In this document: piece by piece, positions 1 to 9,515 of the stretch
Numbering within the stretch: position 1 is the first letter of the stretch
Layout of the letters: every line of letters starts with the position of its first letter
IMG/VR virus record: IMGVR_UViG_3300042542_006078
Source: a virus
Taxonomy: Duplodnaviria; Caudoviricetes
DNA length: 64,000 nucleotides
Strand: one strand, 5' to 3'
The notes under the pieces: model-generated
The model's database searches: none
Told to the model about the DNA's origin: nothing
The model's input: only the letters and a program-made list of their open reading frames with translations
Translations under genes and position numbers: made by a program

Positions 1-2
1 GT

Positions 3-512
3 TCATCTATTATTGGTGCAAACATTGGTTCAGGTCAAATTGATACTATTCACTTAACGCCGAATGCGACTTCTTTGAATGCTTATAGATTAATGACAAC
101 GGCATTCAACGCTGGTGAATTTATCTCTGGGATTAAGGCTGTTTGCATGGGATCAGGTGGAGTTATTTTAACTGCTCAATGCGGTAGCGGTCTGAGATTG
201 CCAGCAATCGGTGTGACTATGAGTGGGGCTTTAAGCGGAACGGCATGTACAGTTGTTTCGTATGGCAGAATATTCAGCACTGCTTCTGGAATGATTGCAA
301 GTGGATTTGAAGGCAACTTACTTTATGTTGGTTCTGGTGGAATTGTTGTGAACAGAAGTGGGTTTACTATTGGCGGCGTTTTATCGGCACCGGGTCTTTC
401 TGGTGATATGCAGCAGTCGATAGGTGTATATGTTAGTGGCGGAATGTTTGTGATGCCTAATTTGTGTGTTAGTAGAAGTGGATTTGCAAACAACTTACCT
501 TATGATGTTTAA
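3..512 (+). CDS. 5'-truncated virion/fibre protein, C-terminal domain paralogous to the C-terminus of 526..5586
   Basis: Frame is open from base 3 (SSIIGANIGSGQIDTIHL...). Shares SGIKAVC..SG.R..A...SG(L/M)RLPAIGVT, SGF.G..LYVGSGG, SG(D/N)MQQ.IG...SGG.FVMP and LPYD with the next protein. Confidence 0.75.
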   Translation, partial: SSIIGANIGSGQIDTIHLTPNATSLNAYRLMTTAFNAGEFISGIKAVCMGSGGVILTAQCGSGLRLPAIGVTMSGALSGTACTVVSYGRIFSTASGMIASGFEGNLLYVGSGGIVVNRSGFTIGGVLSAPGLSGDMQQSIGVYVSGGMFVMPNLCVSRSGFANNLPYDV

Positions 513-525
513 GAGAATATAAAAA

Positions 526-3500
526 ATGCCAATCAGCTTTCCGTCTTTACCTTCATCTGGACAGAGATATGAGTTCAGCTTTAACGCTTGGACTTATAAT
601 GGTATATTTTGGCAATCGACGGGATCTTCTGGCCAAATTACCAGTGGTGCAATAGGTGACAATGCTATCTTTAGCGGAAATATTGCCAGTGGAAGTATTA
701 GTGCTTTTAATTTAGCTAGTGGAGTAGGTGGTTCCAGTCTTGTTCTGACAAGTGGTTCAATTACATCTGGTTTTATTGGAAATAATGCAGTAAATTCTGG
801 AAATATTGCTTCAGGTCAGGTGGGTCAATATCAAATAAATGATTATAATGTTGGCGTTTTGAATAACATAAGGGGAGGAGATTATGGTTATTTTGCTGGT
901 GGAAGCTCTAGTGGTACTTTTTTTGCAACAGCAGAAAAATTAACATATTCAAGTGATACTGCTGCCGCACAAACAACCGCAAATTTAAGTCAAGGAAGAG
1001 GAGGACTAGCAGGAATTTCTGAAGGTTTAACAAAAGGTTATTTTGCTGGTGGTCAATCTCTAAGTGGTGCTGCCAATATTATCGCAACAACCGACAAAAT
1101 AACATATTCAACAAATACAAGTTCTGCACAGGCAAGTGCTAATCTAAGCCAAGCGAGAGCAGGATTGGCTGGAGTTGGAGGAGAAAGAAATAAGGGTTAC
1201 TTTGCTGGTGGTTTAGCAACTTTTAGCTCTTATGTTACAACCGCAGACAAATTAACATATTCGACTGATTCTACTGCTGCTCAGACAACAGCAAATTTAA
1301 GCCAAGCAAGAAGAAGTTTTGGTGGAGTTTCTGATGGTTTAATAAAAGGCTATTTTGCTGGTGGTGATACAAATAACGCTGTTGCCACAGCAGAAAAATT
1401 AACATATTCGACTGATTCTACTGCTGCACAGACTACAGCAAATTTAACCCAAGCAAGAATAGGCTCAACTGGTTGTTCTGGTGAAGGAACTAAAGGCTAT
1501 TTTACTGGTGGATATACTGGCGCAGGTGTAGATGTAGCAACATCAGATAAAATAAATTATTCAACTGATACAACAGCTTCTCTAACAACATCAAACTTGA
1601 GTCAGGCGAGATCATTCTTGGCAGGGATTTCCGAAGGATCAAAAAAAGGTTATTTTGCTGGTGGAAACTCTAGCGGTACTGTTGTCGCAACGGCAGATAA
1701 ACTAACATATTCAACAGACGCAACTGCTGCTCAAACAAGCGCAAACTTAAGTCAAGCAAGAAACACTTTAGCCGGAGTAGGTCAAGAATATACAACAGTA
1801 TTTGGAAATAATTGCGTTTTTTCTGGCAATATTTCTTCAAGCGAAATTGGATTAATTCATTTTGGATTCTCGTATCCAACTAGCGGTTCAATTAAATCAG
1901 GCAATATTGGCGACAATTCTGTAAATTCTGGAAATATTGGTAGTGGACAAATTGGAAGATTCCAAATAAGTTATTTTAATCCAGAAACAAATCTTGCTAA
2001 AGGTTATTTTGCTGGTGGAAGCACTGGAGATTATGTTGCAACAGCAGATAAATTAACATATTCCACAGATACAACTGCTGCTCAAACAACGGCAAATTTA
2101 AGTCAAGCAAGAGAGCAATTAGCAGGAATTTCAGAAGGATCAACAAAAGGTTATTTTGCTGGTGGAAGTAATGCAGGAGGTTTTGTTGCAACAGCAGATA
2201 AAATAACATATTCAAATGATACGACTGTGTCTCAAACAACAGCAAATTTAAGTCAAGCAAGATCTGGATTAGCTGGTTGTTCTGGACAAGGAACAAAAGG
2301 TTATTTTGCTGGTGGAACTACTAATGTGAATGTAGCAACAGCAGATAAACTAACATATGCAACAGATACAACTGTGTCTCAAACAACAGCAAATCTCAGT
2401 CAGTCAAGAGGAGGAGTGGCTGGAATTTCTGAAGGCTCAACAAAAGGTTATTTTGCTGGTGGAATTGATGGAGGATTAAATTATGTTGTAACAGCAGATA
2501 AATTAACATATTCAACTGATACGACTGTTGCTCAAGCAAGTGCTAATTTAAGTCAAGCGAGAACACAATTAACTGGTTGTTCAGGAGATTCAACAAAAGG
2601 TTATTTTGCTGGTGGAAGTACTAATGGAATCTCTGGAATTACAACAGCAAATAAACTAACATATGCAACAGATGCAACTACTGCTCAAACAACTGCAAAT
2701 TTAAGTCAAGCAAGATTCGGTTTAGCGGGAATTTCAGATGGATCTATAAAAGGTTATTTTGCTGGTGGTTTTAGCGACTCATATGCTGCAACGGCAGATA
2801 AATTAACATATTCAACTGATACGACTATAGCACAAACAACTGCAAATTTAAGTCAAGCAAGAAGGGATTTAACAGGAATTGGTCAAATTTTTGCTAATAC
2901 ATTTGGCAACAATTCTATAACTTCTGGAAATATAGCATCTGGTCAAATCGGACAATTTCATTTTTTATCTGGAGTTATACGAACTGCAACGAATATCGTA
3001 AACAGTGGAAGTTTTGGTAATTCTTCCGTTAATTCAGGAAACATTGCATCAGGAATCATATCCCAATTTCATTTTTCTGATTCTTCTGTTTACTCTGATT
3101 CAGTAAGAAGCGGCAATGTTTCAACATTCAAGTTCTCCAACAATGCAGTTTTCAGTGGAAATATCAGCAGCAGCAATACAATAACAACAATAAACTTAGC
3201 TTCAGGTGGTGTTCAAAGTGGTGCATTTGGCGACAATGCAATAAGCAGCGGTGATATTCTCAGCGGTAGAATCACAAGTATTAACATCAGCAGCGGAGCA
3301 TTCCAATCATTTAATATTGCGAGCGGATCAATAAGCACTGTGAAACTGGCAAGCGGAGCAGCAGTAGGAGCATTCAAACTCGCAAGTGGAATTGTCGTGA
3401 GCGGAAATATTGCTTCAGGCTCAATATTCTTTACACCATTTATTGATGGTGCAATTGAAAGTGGAAACATAGCAAGTGGCGCAATTGGAAATATACATTT

Positions 3501-5586
3501 AGGTAATGAATCCGTAACAAGTGGTGCAGTCCCTAGCGGAACAGTTATTTTCAATATGGTTGGTGCTAATGCAACTGTTGCTTATAACTTTTCAGATGTT
3601 GCATTAGCTTCAGGAAATTTTGCCCTACAATCTGTAACAGGTGAAAACCTTGCAGATGGACTTTGGCCAATTCCTACTGCATTTTTTGTCTCTGGCGGTA
3701 TTACCGCTTTCATGTTCGATAACAACTCAATTGTTAGTGGCAACTTAGCTTCTGAATTAGTTACTTCAGGCAAACTAACAACAACAGCAGCCAATGAAAT
3801 TAGATTTACAAATATGGCTTCTGGTTCAGTTGTAAGTGGAAATATAGTTTCTGGTGTTGTATTCAGCGATGCAACCACAAATAACTTCTCAAACGCAGGA
3901 GTAAGAAGCGGAAATATTGCCTCTGGACAAGTTGGTAGAATTCATCTTGCAAACGCAACAATAAGATCTGGAAATATAGGAAGCGGTGTAATCAGATTCC
4001 CAGAATTCTTCGGAGACGCTACAACATACACAAATATTGCCAGCGGACAAATAGATCAATATCATCTATATTGGACCTATGATGGAACTACAACAAAAGC
4101 AGGATATTTTGCTGGTGGAACTACTGGCACAATTGTTACAACAGCAGATAAATTAAAATATTCAACTGATACTACTGTTGCTCAAACAAGTGCTAATTTA
4201 AGTCAAGGAAGACATTCTTTGGCTGGAGTTTCAGAAGGATCGATAAAAGGTTATTTTGCTGGTGGATCTACTGGCACAATTGTTGCAACAGCAGATAAAT
4301 TAACATACTCAAACAGCACAACTGTTGCTCAAACAAGTGCAAATTTAATACAAGATATATCTCGATTAGGTGGATGCTCAGGAGAAGGCACAAAAGGCTA
4401 TTTTGCTGGTGGATTAAATTCCATTGCCATTATTGTAGCGACAGCAAATAAATTAACATATTCGACTGACACAACTGCTGCACAAACAAGTGCAAATCTA
4501 AGTCAAGCGAGAAGTTATTTAACTGGAGTTTCAGAAGGATCAACAAAAGGTTATTTCGCTGGTGGAACTACAGGAACAGATGTTGCAACAGCAGATAAAT
4601 TAACATATTCAACAGATACAACTGCTGCTCAAGCAAGTGCAAATCTAAGTCAAGCGAGAATAGGATTAGCTGGTTGTTCAGGAGATGGAACAAAAGGTTA
4701 TTTTGTTGGTGGAGTTACTGGATCTTTTGTTTATCAAAAAACCGCAGATAAATTGACATATTCAACCGATACAACTACTTCACAAACAACCGCAGATCTA
4801 AGTCGAGAAAAATATGCTTTAACTGGAGTTTCAGAAGGATCAACAAAAGGTTATTTCGCTGGTGGAGATACTGGACAATTTGTAGCAACAGCAGACAAAG
4901 TAACATACTCAACAGATGCAAATTCTTCTCAAACTACTGCAAATTTAAGTCAAGCAAGAATTGGTTTAGCAGGAGTTGATGGAGGACAATCTCAAAACAC
5001 ATTGCCCACAGACCGTATTTCTGCCGCATACCTTACAAGCAGCAAGCTTTCATCTGGCACAATTGGTCTTACAACAACTTTACAAAACGCAGCATTCCCA
5101 TACAATCTTGCAGAAACAGCACAAATAAATACAAATCAACCAATGTTTGATTATTTTGTTTTTCAGGAACAATGTTCAGGCATCAAAGCAGTATGCATAG
5201 CATCAGGAAGCAGAGTGGTAAGAGCGGAAAGAGCAAGTGGAATGAGATTACCAGCAATTGGCGTAACAAGCGGAACTGTTAACAGCGGATCAACAGGAAG
5301 AGTATATTATTACGGATATGTCGGAAGAGTCGGATCATTTGCCGCAAACTCTGGACTATATAATGGAATTTCTGGGTTCCAAGGACAACCATTATATGTC
5401 GGATCGGGCGGAAATATCGTTAATCAAAGCGGAATGCGTGGAGCATCCTCTGGCGCACCATTCATATCAGGAAATATGCAACAACAAATAGGCATCGCTA
5501 TGAGCGGAGGACTATTCGTTATGCCAAGTCCAAGAATTGTAAGATCGGGATTTCAAGGCAAATTGCCTTATGATCATCCTGCCTAA
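526..5586 (+). CDS. Large repetitive virion/tail-fibre-like protein with three 6-bladed Kelch-like beta-propellers and Ser/Gly-rich (SGNIASG) repeats
   Basis: 18 copies of the ~50-aa unit (K)GYFAGG-x(5-10)-ATADKLTYSTDT-x-AQTTANLSQAR-xx-LAG, in three blocks of six. R-x..GY-hydrophobic-GG spacing is Kelch-like. Virion role is inferred from context. Confidence 0.75.
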   Translation: MPISFPSLPSSGQRYEFSFNAWTYNGIFWQSTGSSGQITSGAIGDNAIFSGNIASGSISAFNLASGVGGSSLVLTSGSITSGFIGNNAVNSGNIASGQVGQYQINDYNVGVLNNIRGGDYGYFAGGSSSGTFFATAEKLTYSSDTAAAQTTANLSQGRGGLAGISEGLTKGYFAGGQSLSGAANIIATTDKITYSTNTSSAQASANLSQARAGLAGVGGERNKGYFAGGLATFSSYVTTADKLTYSTDSTAAQTTANLSQARRSFGGVSDGLIKGYFAGGDTNNAVATAEKLTYSTDSTAAQTTANLTQARIGSTGCSGEGTKGYFTGGYTGAGVDVATSDKINYSTDTTASLTTSNLSQARSFLAGISEGSKKGYFAGGNSSGTVVATADKLTYSTDATAAQTSANLSQARNTLAGVGQEYTTVFGNNCVFSGNISSSEIGLIHFGFSYPTSGSIKSGNIGDNSVNSGNIGSGQIGRFQISYFNPETNLAKGYFAGGSTGDYVATADKLTYSTDTTAAQTTANLSQAREQLAGISEGSTKGYFAGGSNAGGFVATADKITYSNDTTVSQTTANLSQARSGLAGCSGQGTKGYFAGGTTNVNVATADKLTYATDTTVSQTTANLSQSRGGVAGISEGSTKGYFAGGIDGGLNYVVTADKLTYSTDTTVAQASANLSQARTQLTGCSGDSTKGYFAGGSTNGISGITTANKLTYATDATTAQTTANLSQARFGLAGISDGSIKGYFAGGFSDSYAATADKLTYSTDTTIAQTTANLSQARRDLTGIGQIFANTFGNNSITSGNIASGQIGQFHFLSGVIRTATNIVNSGSFGNSSVNSGNIASGIISQFHFSDSSVYSDSVRSGNVSTFKFSNNAVFSGNISSSNTITTINLASGGVQSGAFGDNAISSGDILSGRITSINISSGAFQSFNIASGSISTVKLASGAAVGAFKLASGIVVSGNIASGSIFFTPFIDGAIESGNIASGAIGNIHLGNESVTSGAVPSGTVIFNMVGANATVAYNFSDVALASGNFALQSVTGENLADGLWPIPTAFFVSGGITAFMFDNNSIVSGNLASELVTSGKLTTTAANEIRFTNMASGSVVSGNIVSGVVFSDATTNNFSNAGVRSGNIASGQVGRIHLANATIRSGNIGSGVIRFPEFFGDATTYTNIASGQIDQYHLYWTYDGTTTKAGYFAGGTTGTIVTTADKLKYSTDTTVAQTSANLSQGRHSLAGVSEGSIKGYFAGGSTGTIVATADKLTYSNSTTVAQTSANLIQDISRLGGCSGEGTKGYFAGGLNSIAIIVATANKLTYSTDTTAAQTSANLSQARSYLTGVSEGSTKGYFAGGTTGTDVATADKLTYSTDTTAAQASANLSQARIGLAGCSGDGTKGYFVGGVTGSFVYQKTADKLTYSTDTTTSQTTADLSREKYALTGVSEGSTKGYFAGGDTGQFVATADKVTYSTDANSSQTTANLSQARIGLAGVDGGQSQNTLPTDRISAAYLTSSKLSSGTIGLTTTLQNAAFPYNLAETAQINTNQPMFDYFVFQEQCSGIKAVCIASGSRVVRAERASGMRLPAIGVTSGTVNSGSTGRVYYYGYVGRVGSFAANSGLYNGISGFQGQPLYVGSGGNIVNQSGMRGASSGAPFISGNMQQQIGIAMSGGLFVMPSPRIVRSGFQGKLPYDHPA
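883..1791 (+). repeat. Kelch-like repeat block 1 (6 units)
   Basis: Six in-frame units, each containing ggttattttgctggtgg or a close variant. Confidence 0.9.
1999..2886 (+). repeat. Kelch-like repeat block 2 (6 units)
   Basis: Six in-frame units, each beginning aaaggttattttgctggtgg. Confidence 0.9.
4099..4980 (+). repeat. Kelch-like repeat block 3 (6 units)
   Basis: Six in-frame GYF(A/V)GG units. Confidence 0.9.
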
Positions 5587-5587
5587 T

Positions 5588-6178
5588 CTAAAACTTATCA
5601 AAAAATATATTGAAACTCATGCTGATTCTGTCTTCAGATGATCTATTCATCTGAACACTATGCACAAGCCAAGAAGGAAATATATAACATCTTCCCGCTA
5701 TTGCAGGATAAATTAAATTATTCGCAGTAACTATGCTAAAATCCTTATAAGTAGCATCAAGCATTCCCTTCGCAATCAAAGGCGAATGAAAAATAATATT
5801 TCCAGAATTTTCAGGTGCCTGTAAATAATAACAACCAGAAAATATGTTTCGTGGATGTGTATGACTGGCATTATATGCGCCAGAAGGATTAACATTAACC
5901 CAAGAATTGTAAATTTTTATTTCTTCAACAATAGTCAAAGATTCACGAATATTTTGAACAAAACCAGATAAATCACGCTTTAACTCAGAACATACACGAT
6001 TATCAAGAAAATTGTCTTGGCTCTGCCAACCACCACCCATATTAGTCTTATCAACACCGACAGGATCAGAAGCCTGTCGGTATCTCGTATAATCAATTAA
6101 ATTCTGCCTGTAATCACGATCATTCAAATCACAAACATATATCGTCGAAGGAAATGCTAACTCACACTTAATCATCAA
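5588..6178 (-). CDS. Putative 2OG-Fe(II) oxygenase (phage TIGR02466-like)
   Basis: SWVNVN..G..N..HTHP, SGCYY, FPSWLVHSV and RISMSFN motifs: HxH...H facial triad plus terminal R. Confidence 0.8.
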   Translation of the reverse strand: MMIKCELAFPSTIYVCDLNDRDYRQNLIDYTRYRQASDPVGVDKTNMGGGWQSQDNFLDNRVCSELKRDLSGFVQNIRESLTIVEEIKIYNSWVNVNPSGAYNASHTHPRNIFSGCYYLQAPENSGNIIFHSPLIAKGMLDATYKDFSIVTANNLIYPAIAGRCYIFPSWLVHSVQMNRSSEDRISMSFNIFFDKF

Positions 6179-6546
6179 TCATCCAACCACTTTGAAAACT
6201 TATATCTCGTCTGTCCACCAACAAATTTCTTTTCAACCTCAAGATCTGAATTCAAAATGCGATAATCTGGAATACTCTTAACCTTATACTTTTTCTTCAA
6301 AGTCGGATTATCATCCACATCAACCATCAATACAACAAACTTATCAAGCTTTTCCTTTATCTCTTTTTCCTTAAACATTTTCTTCATCGCCTGACAAGGC
6401 GCACACCAAGATGCACCGAAATAAAGGAAAATTTTCTTTTTATCTTTCTTCGCAATCTTAACAGCCTCATCATATGATGAGGCTTCCTCCGCACGAACAA
6501 AACTCAATGACAAAAACAATAAAACAAGAACTAAAATTCTAAACAT
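6175..6546 (-). CDS. Thioredoxin-fold protein with N-terminal signal peptide
   Basis: FGASWCAPC active site, VDVD and SIP motifs. Start moved to ATG 6546 (MFRILVLVLLFLSLSFVRA, hydrophobic signal) behind a GAGG RBS. Confidence 0.8.
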   Translation of the reverse strand: MFRILVLVLLFLSLSFVRAEEASSYDEAVKIAKKDKKKIFLYFGASWCAPCQAMKKMFKEKEIKEKLDKFVVLMVDVDDNPTLKKKYKVKSIPDYRILNSDLEVEKKFVGGQTRYKFSKWLDD

Positions 6547-6553
6547 AATCGCC

Positions 6554-7723
6554 TCATTCGTATGAATTGCCAGTAGCAAAATCAACATGACGACAACGAA
6601 CACTCGCATCAACCAACAATCTAAATCCCTTCTCACGCAACTTCTGAGACAAAAAACTATCCTGCGTGAGATGAGCAGTTGTCACTGTCCAAGGATATTC
6701 TGTCTGAAGAAAACATTCAATAGGGAAAAGAGTGAAACCTTGAGCAATAGTGTAGACTTCATGCACACCGACATCATTCTTATTCAAAGTCAATGCCTGA
6801 CGCTTACCAGCAATAACTTGGATGTGAACACCTTCTGGATATGGGACTTTCTTCACATAATAACCACCCAAAACAGCTTTAGGATCACCAATTTCACGGT
6901 AACGAGCCAAAAGCCTTTGAAATCCATCAGTAGGTGGGAAAGTATCATCTTCAACAGTCAAAAGCATATCACAACCATCATTCAAGGCAGTCTGAATGGC
7001 ATCGTTATATGCATCTGCGGTTGTCCTTCCAAATACATTCAGGAACTTAACTTGAACTCCTGATGGAATGGTCAGATTCTCCAAAACAGGCAATCTCTCT
7101 GCCTTTTCACGAGTTGGTACAACAATCAAAATTTTAACATCGCCAACTTCTAAATACTTCTTTTCAACTTCCCTGATGTGGTCCAACTTTGGAGTTGCTG
7201 CAAGATTGATCTGTCTAAGTGCTTCACTGTTGCCAACGCCAACCCTGCCAGTTGCCTGAAGATCCTGCTGCGCTTGTCGTTCCAAACGAAGTTGCCAATA
7301 GTCTGGTTGTGCTGCATCAATTTCTTCTCGTGTGTACTTTTTGGGAAATCTTTGCCAAATCTTATAAAGAGCCTCGAATTCTCTTAAAGCGCCTAATACC
7401 GCTCTGTCCTGCTCCTCAAGATCGATCCTTTTCAAATCGGCATCAATTTGATCAATTTCGGTTGCCTTGTCTTCGAGTTCTTTTATTTGAATTTCAATTC
7501 TACGACGACCTAGTTTTGCTCTCCTTAAATTATCATATTTGATTTGCATTTCCAAAACGCATTGAGAATATGCAAGAGTATCATGATCGTGTTGACCAAC
7601 CACAAACTTATTTAGAACAAATTCTGTTCTAGGCATTTGAATTTCAAGAAAAGCAGATTCCATTTCTTTAACAAGCTTCATGACATTATCGACACGCTCA
7701 TCCATCAACTGAATCTCGTTCAT
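6554..7723 (-). CDS. Fusion of an N-terminal coiled-coil domain and a C-terminal GT-A (GT2-like) glycosyltransferase
   Basis: First ~190 aa are helical and charged. C-terminal part has ILIVVPTRE, VEDD (DxD-like), GGYY, QGFTL, QDSFL...GF.LLVD..V.C.H. Confidence 0.65.
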   Translation of the reverse strand: MNEIQLMDERVDNVMKLVKEMESAFLEIQMPRTEFVLNKFVVGQHDHDTLAYSQCVLEMQIKYDNLRRAKLGRRRIEIQIKELEDKATEIDQIDADLKRIDLEEQDRAVLGALREFEALYKIWQRFPKKYTREEIDAAQPDYWQLRLERQAQQDLQATGRVGVGNSEALRQINLAATPKLDHIREVEKKYLEVGDVKILIVVPTREKAERLPVLENLTIPSGVQVKFLNVFGRTTADAYNDAIQTALNDGCDMLLTVEDDTFPPTDGFQRLLARYREIGDPKAVLGGYYVKKVPYPEGVHIQVIAGKRQALTLNKNDVGVHEVYTIAQGFTLFPIECFLQTEYPWTVTTAHLTQDSFLSQKLREKGFRLLVDASVRCRHVDFATGNSYE

Positions 7724-7736
7724 TTTTAAGCCTCAT

Positions 7737-7765
7737 TTGAAAAAATAAATCTATTACATTATAAT
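7737..7765 (+). promoter_or_regulatory. Sigma70-type promoter for the GT/MTase operon
   Basis: TTGAAA-17 nt-TATAAT, 38 nt upstream of ATG 7804. Confidence 0.6.
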
Positions 7766-7803
7766 GTTAACGACACCATTGTCAAAATAAATGAGAATCA
7801 ATT

Positions 7804-8457
7804 ATGCCGGGATCATGGGAACTTATCAACCAGAATCGTGTCCTGTGCTGTATTTTAACAAGAGAATATGCCCCAGTTGCATGGGCTTTCGGACTCAGAA
7901 ACCTACAAATTCCCGGTGCAGTCACAGCACTCCAAGGAATGCCATATGACCATGCACGAAATACAGGATGCCTAAAACTACTCGAACTCGGCTGGGAATG
8001 GCTATTCTTCCTTGACGATGATGTGATTCCTCCTCCTGATGCAATCATAAAACTAATGTCTCACAAGAAACCAATCGTAAGTGGCTTGTACTACAGAAGA
8101 TACGAACCACTTGCCCCTGTAATGTTAAGAGATTCAGAAAATGGTCCTCAATGGATTCAAGAATTTAATGCTCCTGACCTTTTAGAAGTCGATTATGTAG
8201 GAGCAGGATGTCTTCTCATACATCGTGATGTTATCAAACAATTACCACCTCTAAGTAATCGTTGTCAATGGTTTGAGTGGCGATGCGATAGAACTGATCT
8301 TCCCCATCTTGAAAAAACAAGCGAAGACTTTACTTTCTGCAAACATGCCAGAAATCATGGATTCAAAATTTATGTTGATACCAGTGTGCAATGCCGACAT
8401 GCAGGATTGGGACAAAGTGAAATTGGCGGATTCAAACCATTGGAGATCAGAGCCTAA
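7804..8457 (+). CDS. GT-A fold glycosyltransferase (GT2-like)
   Basis: ARN, WLFFLDDD (DxD), VSGLY, GAGCLLIHRDV, SEDFTFC...GFKIYVD...C.H. Confidence 0.8.
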   Translation: MPGSWELINQNRVLCCILTREYAPVAWAFGLRNLQIPGAVTALQGMPYDHARNTGCLKLLELGWEWLFFLDDDVIPPPDAIIKLMSHKKPIVSGLYYRRYEPLAPVMLRDSENGPQWIQEFNAPDLLEVDYVGAGCLLIHRDVIKQLPPLSNRCQWFEWRCDRTDLPHLEKTSEDFTFCKHARNHGFKIYVDTSVQCRHAGLGQSEIGGFKPLEIRA

Positions 8458-9515
8458 TGAAACTTATATACTTGCCAACGACTCCAATGAAAAAGTTAAA
8501 AATCTGTGTCATATCCAGCACAGTCCTACATTGCCCCCCAAAGGGATATTCGGGACTAGAAATGCTGGCTTGGCAAATAGCTGAAGGTCTTAAAGCCAAA
8601 GGTCATGAAGTAATGCTTGTTGCACCAAGAGGATCAACAAGTAGTTGTGAAATTCATGAAACAACACAATATGAACCAGAAGGACAAGCCTACAGCGGTT
8701 ATTGGAACAAACTACCAAGCTTTGATGTGATCATCGATCATAGTTGGGAAAAATGGAGCTACATCCTGAAAATGGAAGGTAAGCTTCCACAACCAATCCT
8801 TGGAGTTCTACACGCTCCTGTAGACACTATGTACAGCACAGCGCCATCAGTCCCATTCCCATGCTTCGTGTGCATCAGCAAGGACCAATCAGATGGCTGC
8901 TCCGCACATCTGAAAGTCGCATCCCGTGTCGCTTATAACGGCGTTGATGTTAATTTCTATAAAAACACAGGATTGAAAAGGAATGATCGCTATTTATTCC
9001 TTGCCAGAATAAGCACAATCAAAGGTCCACATATTGCCGTTGATGTGGCCAATACTTGCAAAATTGGATTGGATCTAGTCGGAGATGACAAAATCACAGG
9101 AGAACCCGATCTTCTCAACAGCATTAAGACCAAATGCTCTTTATCGCCCAATCTTAGGTATGTAGGGCATCAGAACCGTGATGAGTGCAGTGTATGGTTC
9201 AATACAAATAAAGCCCTCCTGCACCCCAATAAACACTTCCGTGAGCCATTTGGACTTGCTCCAGTTGAAGCTCAACTATGTGGTATGCCTGTAATCGCAT
9301 GGAATCATGGTGCCTGCAAAGAAACAATCAAGCATGGCGAGACAGGATTCCTTGTCAATAGTCAAGAAGAAATGGAACAACTTATCAAAGATGATGCTGT
9401 TTCAACAATTAAATCAGAAAACTGCATTGAATGGGCAAATCAGTTTTCTTACGACAACATGATTAAAAGATATGAAGATCTTTGTTTTGAATCAATAGAC
9501 ACAGGTGGCTGGTGA
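8457..9515 (+). CDS. GT-B glycosyltransferase (GT4 family)
   Basis: PPKGYSGLE, YNGVD, LARIS..KG, EPFGL.PVEAQLCGMPVIA. Confidence 0.9.
   Translation: MKLIYLPTTPMKKLKICVISSTVLHCPPKGYSGLEMLAWQIAEGLKAKGHEVMLVAPRGSTSSCEIHETTQYEPEGQAYSGYWNKLPSFDVIIDHSWEKWSYILKMEGKLPQPILGVLHAPVDTMYSTAPSVPFPCFVCISKDQSDGCSAHLKVASRVAYNGVDVNFYKNTGLKRNDRYLFLARISTIKGPHIAVDVANTCKIGLDLVGDDKITGEPDLLNSIKTKCSLSPNLRYVGHQNRDECSVWFNTNKALLHPNKHFREPFGLAPVEAQLCGMPVIAWNHGACKETIKHGETGFLVNSQEEMEQLIKDDAVSTIKSENCIEWANQFSYDNMIKRYEDLCFESIDTGGW

Noticed and set aside
883-4980. Conserved ~21-nt sequence followed by variable segments, superficially like a CRISPR array
   Set aside because: The repeats are in-frame parts of a ~150-nt coding unit within one ORF. 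The variable parts keep the frame, and no cas genes or leader are present.
526-5586. Diversity-generating retroelement acting on the variable fibre loops
   Set aside because: No reverse transcriptase and no template/variable repeat pair with adenine-specific differences were seen in the window.
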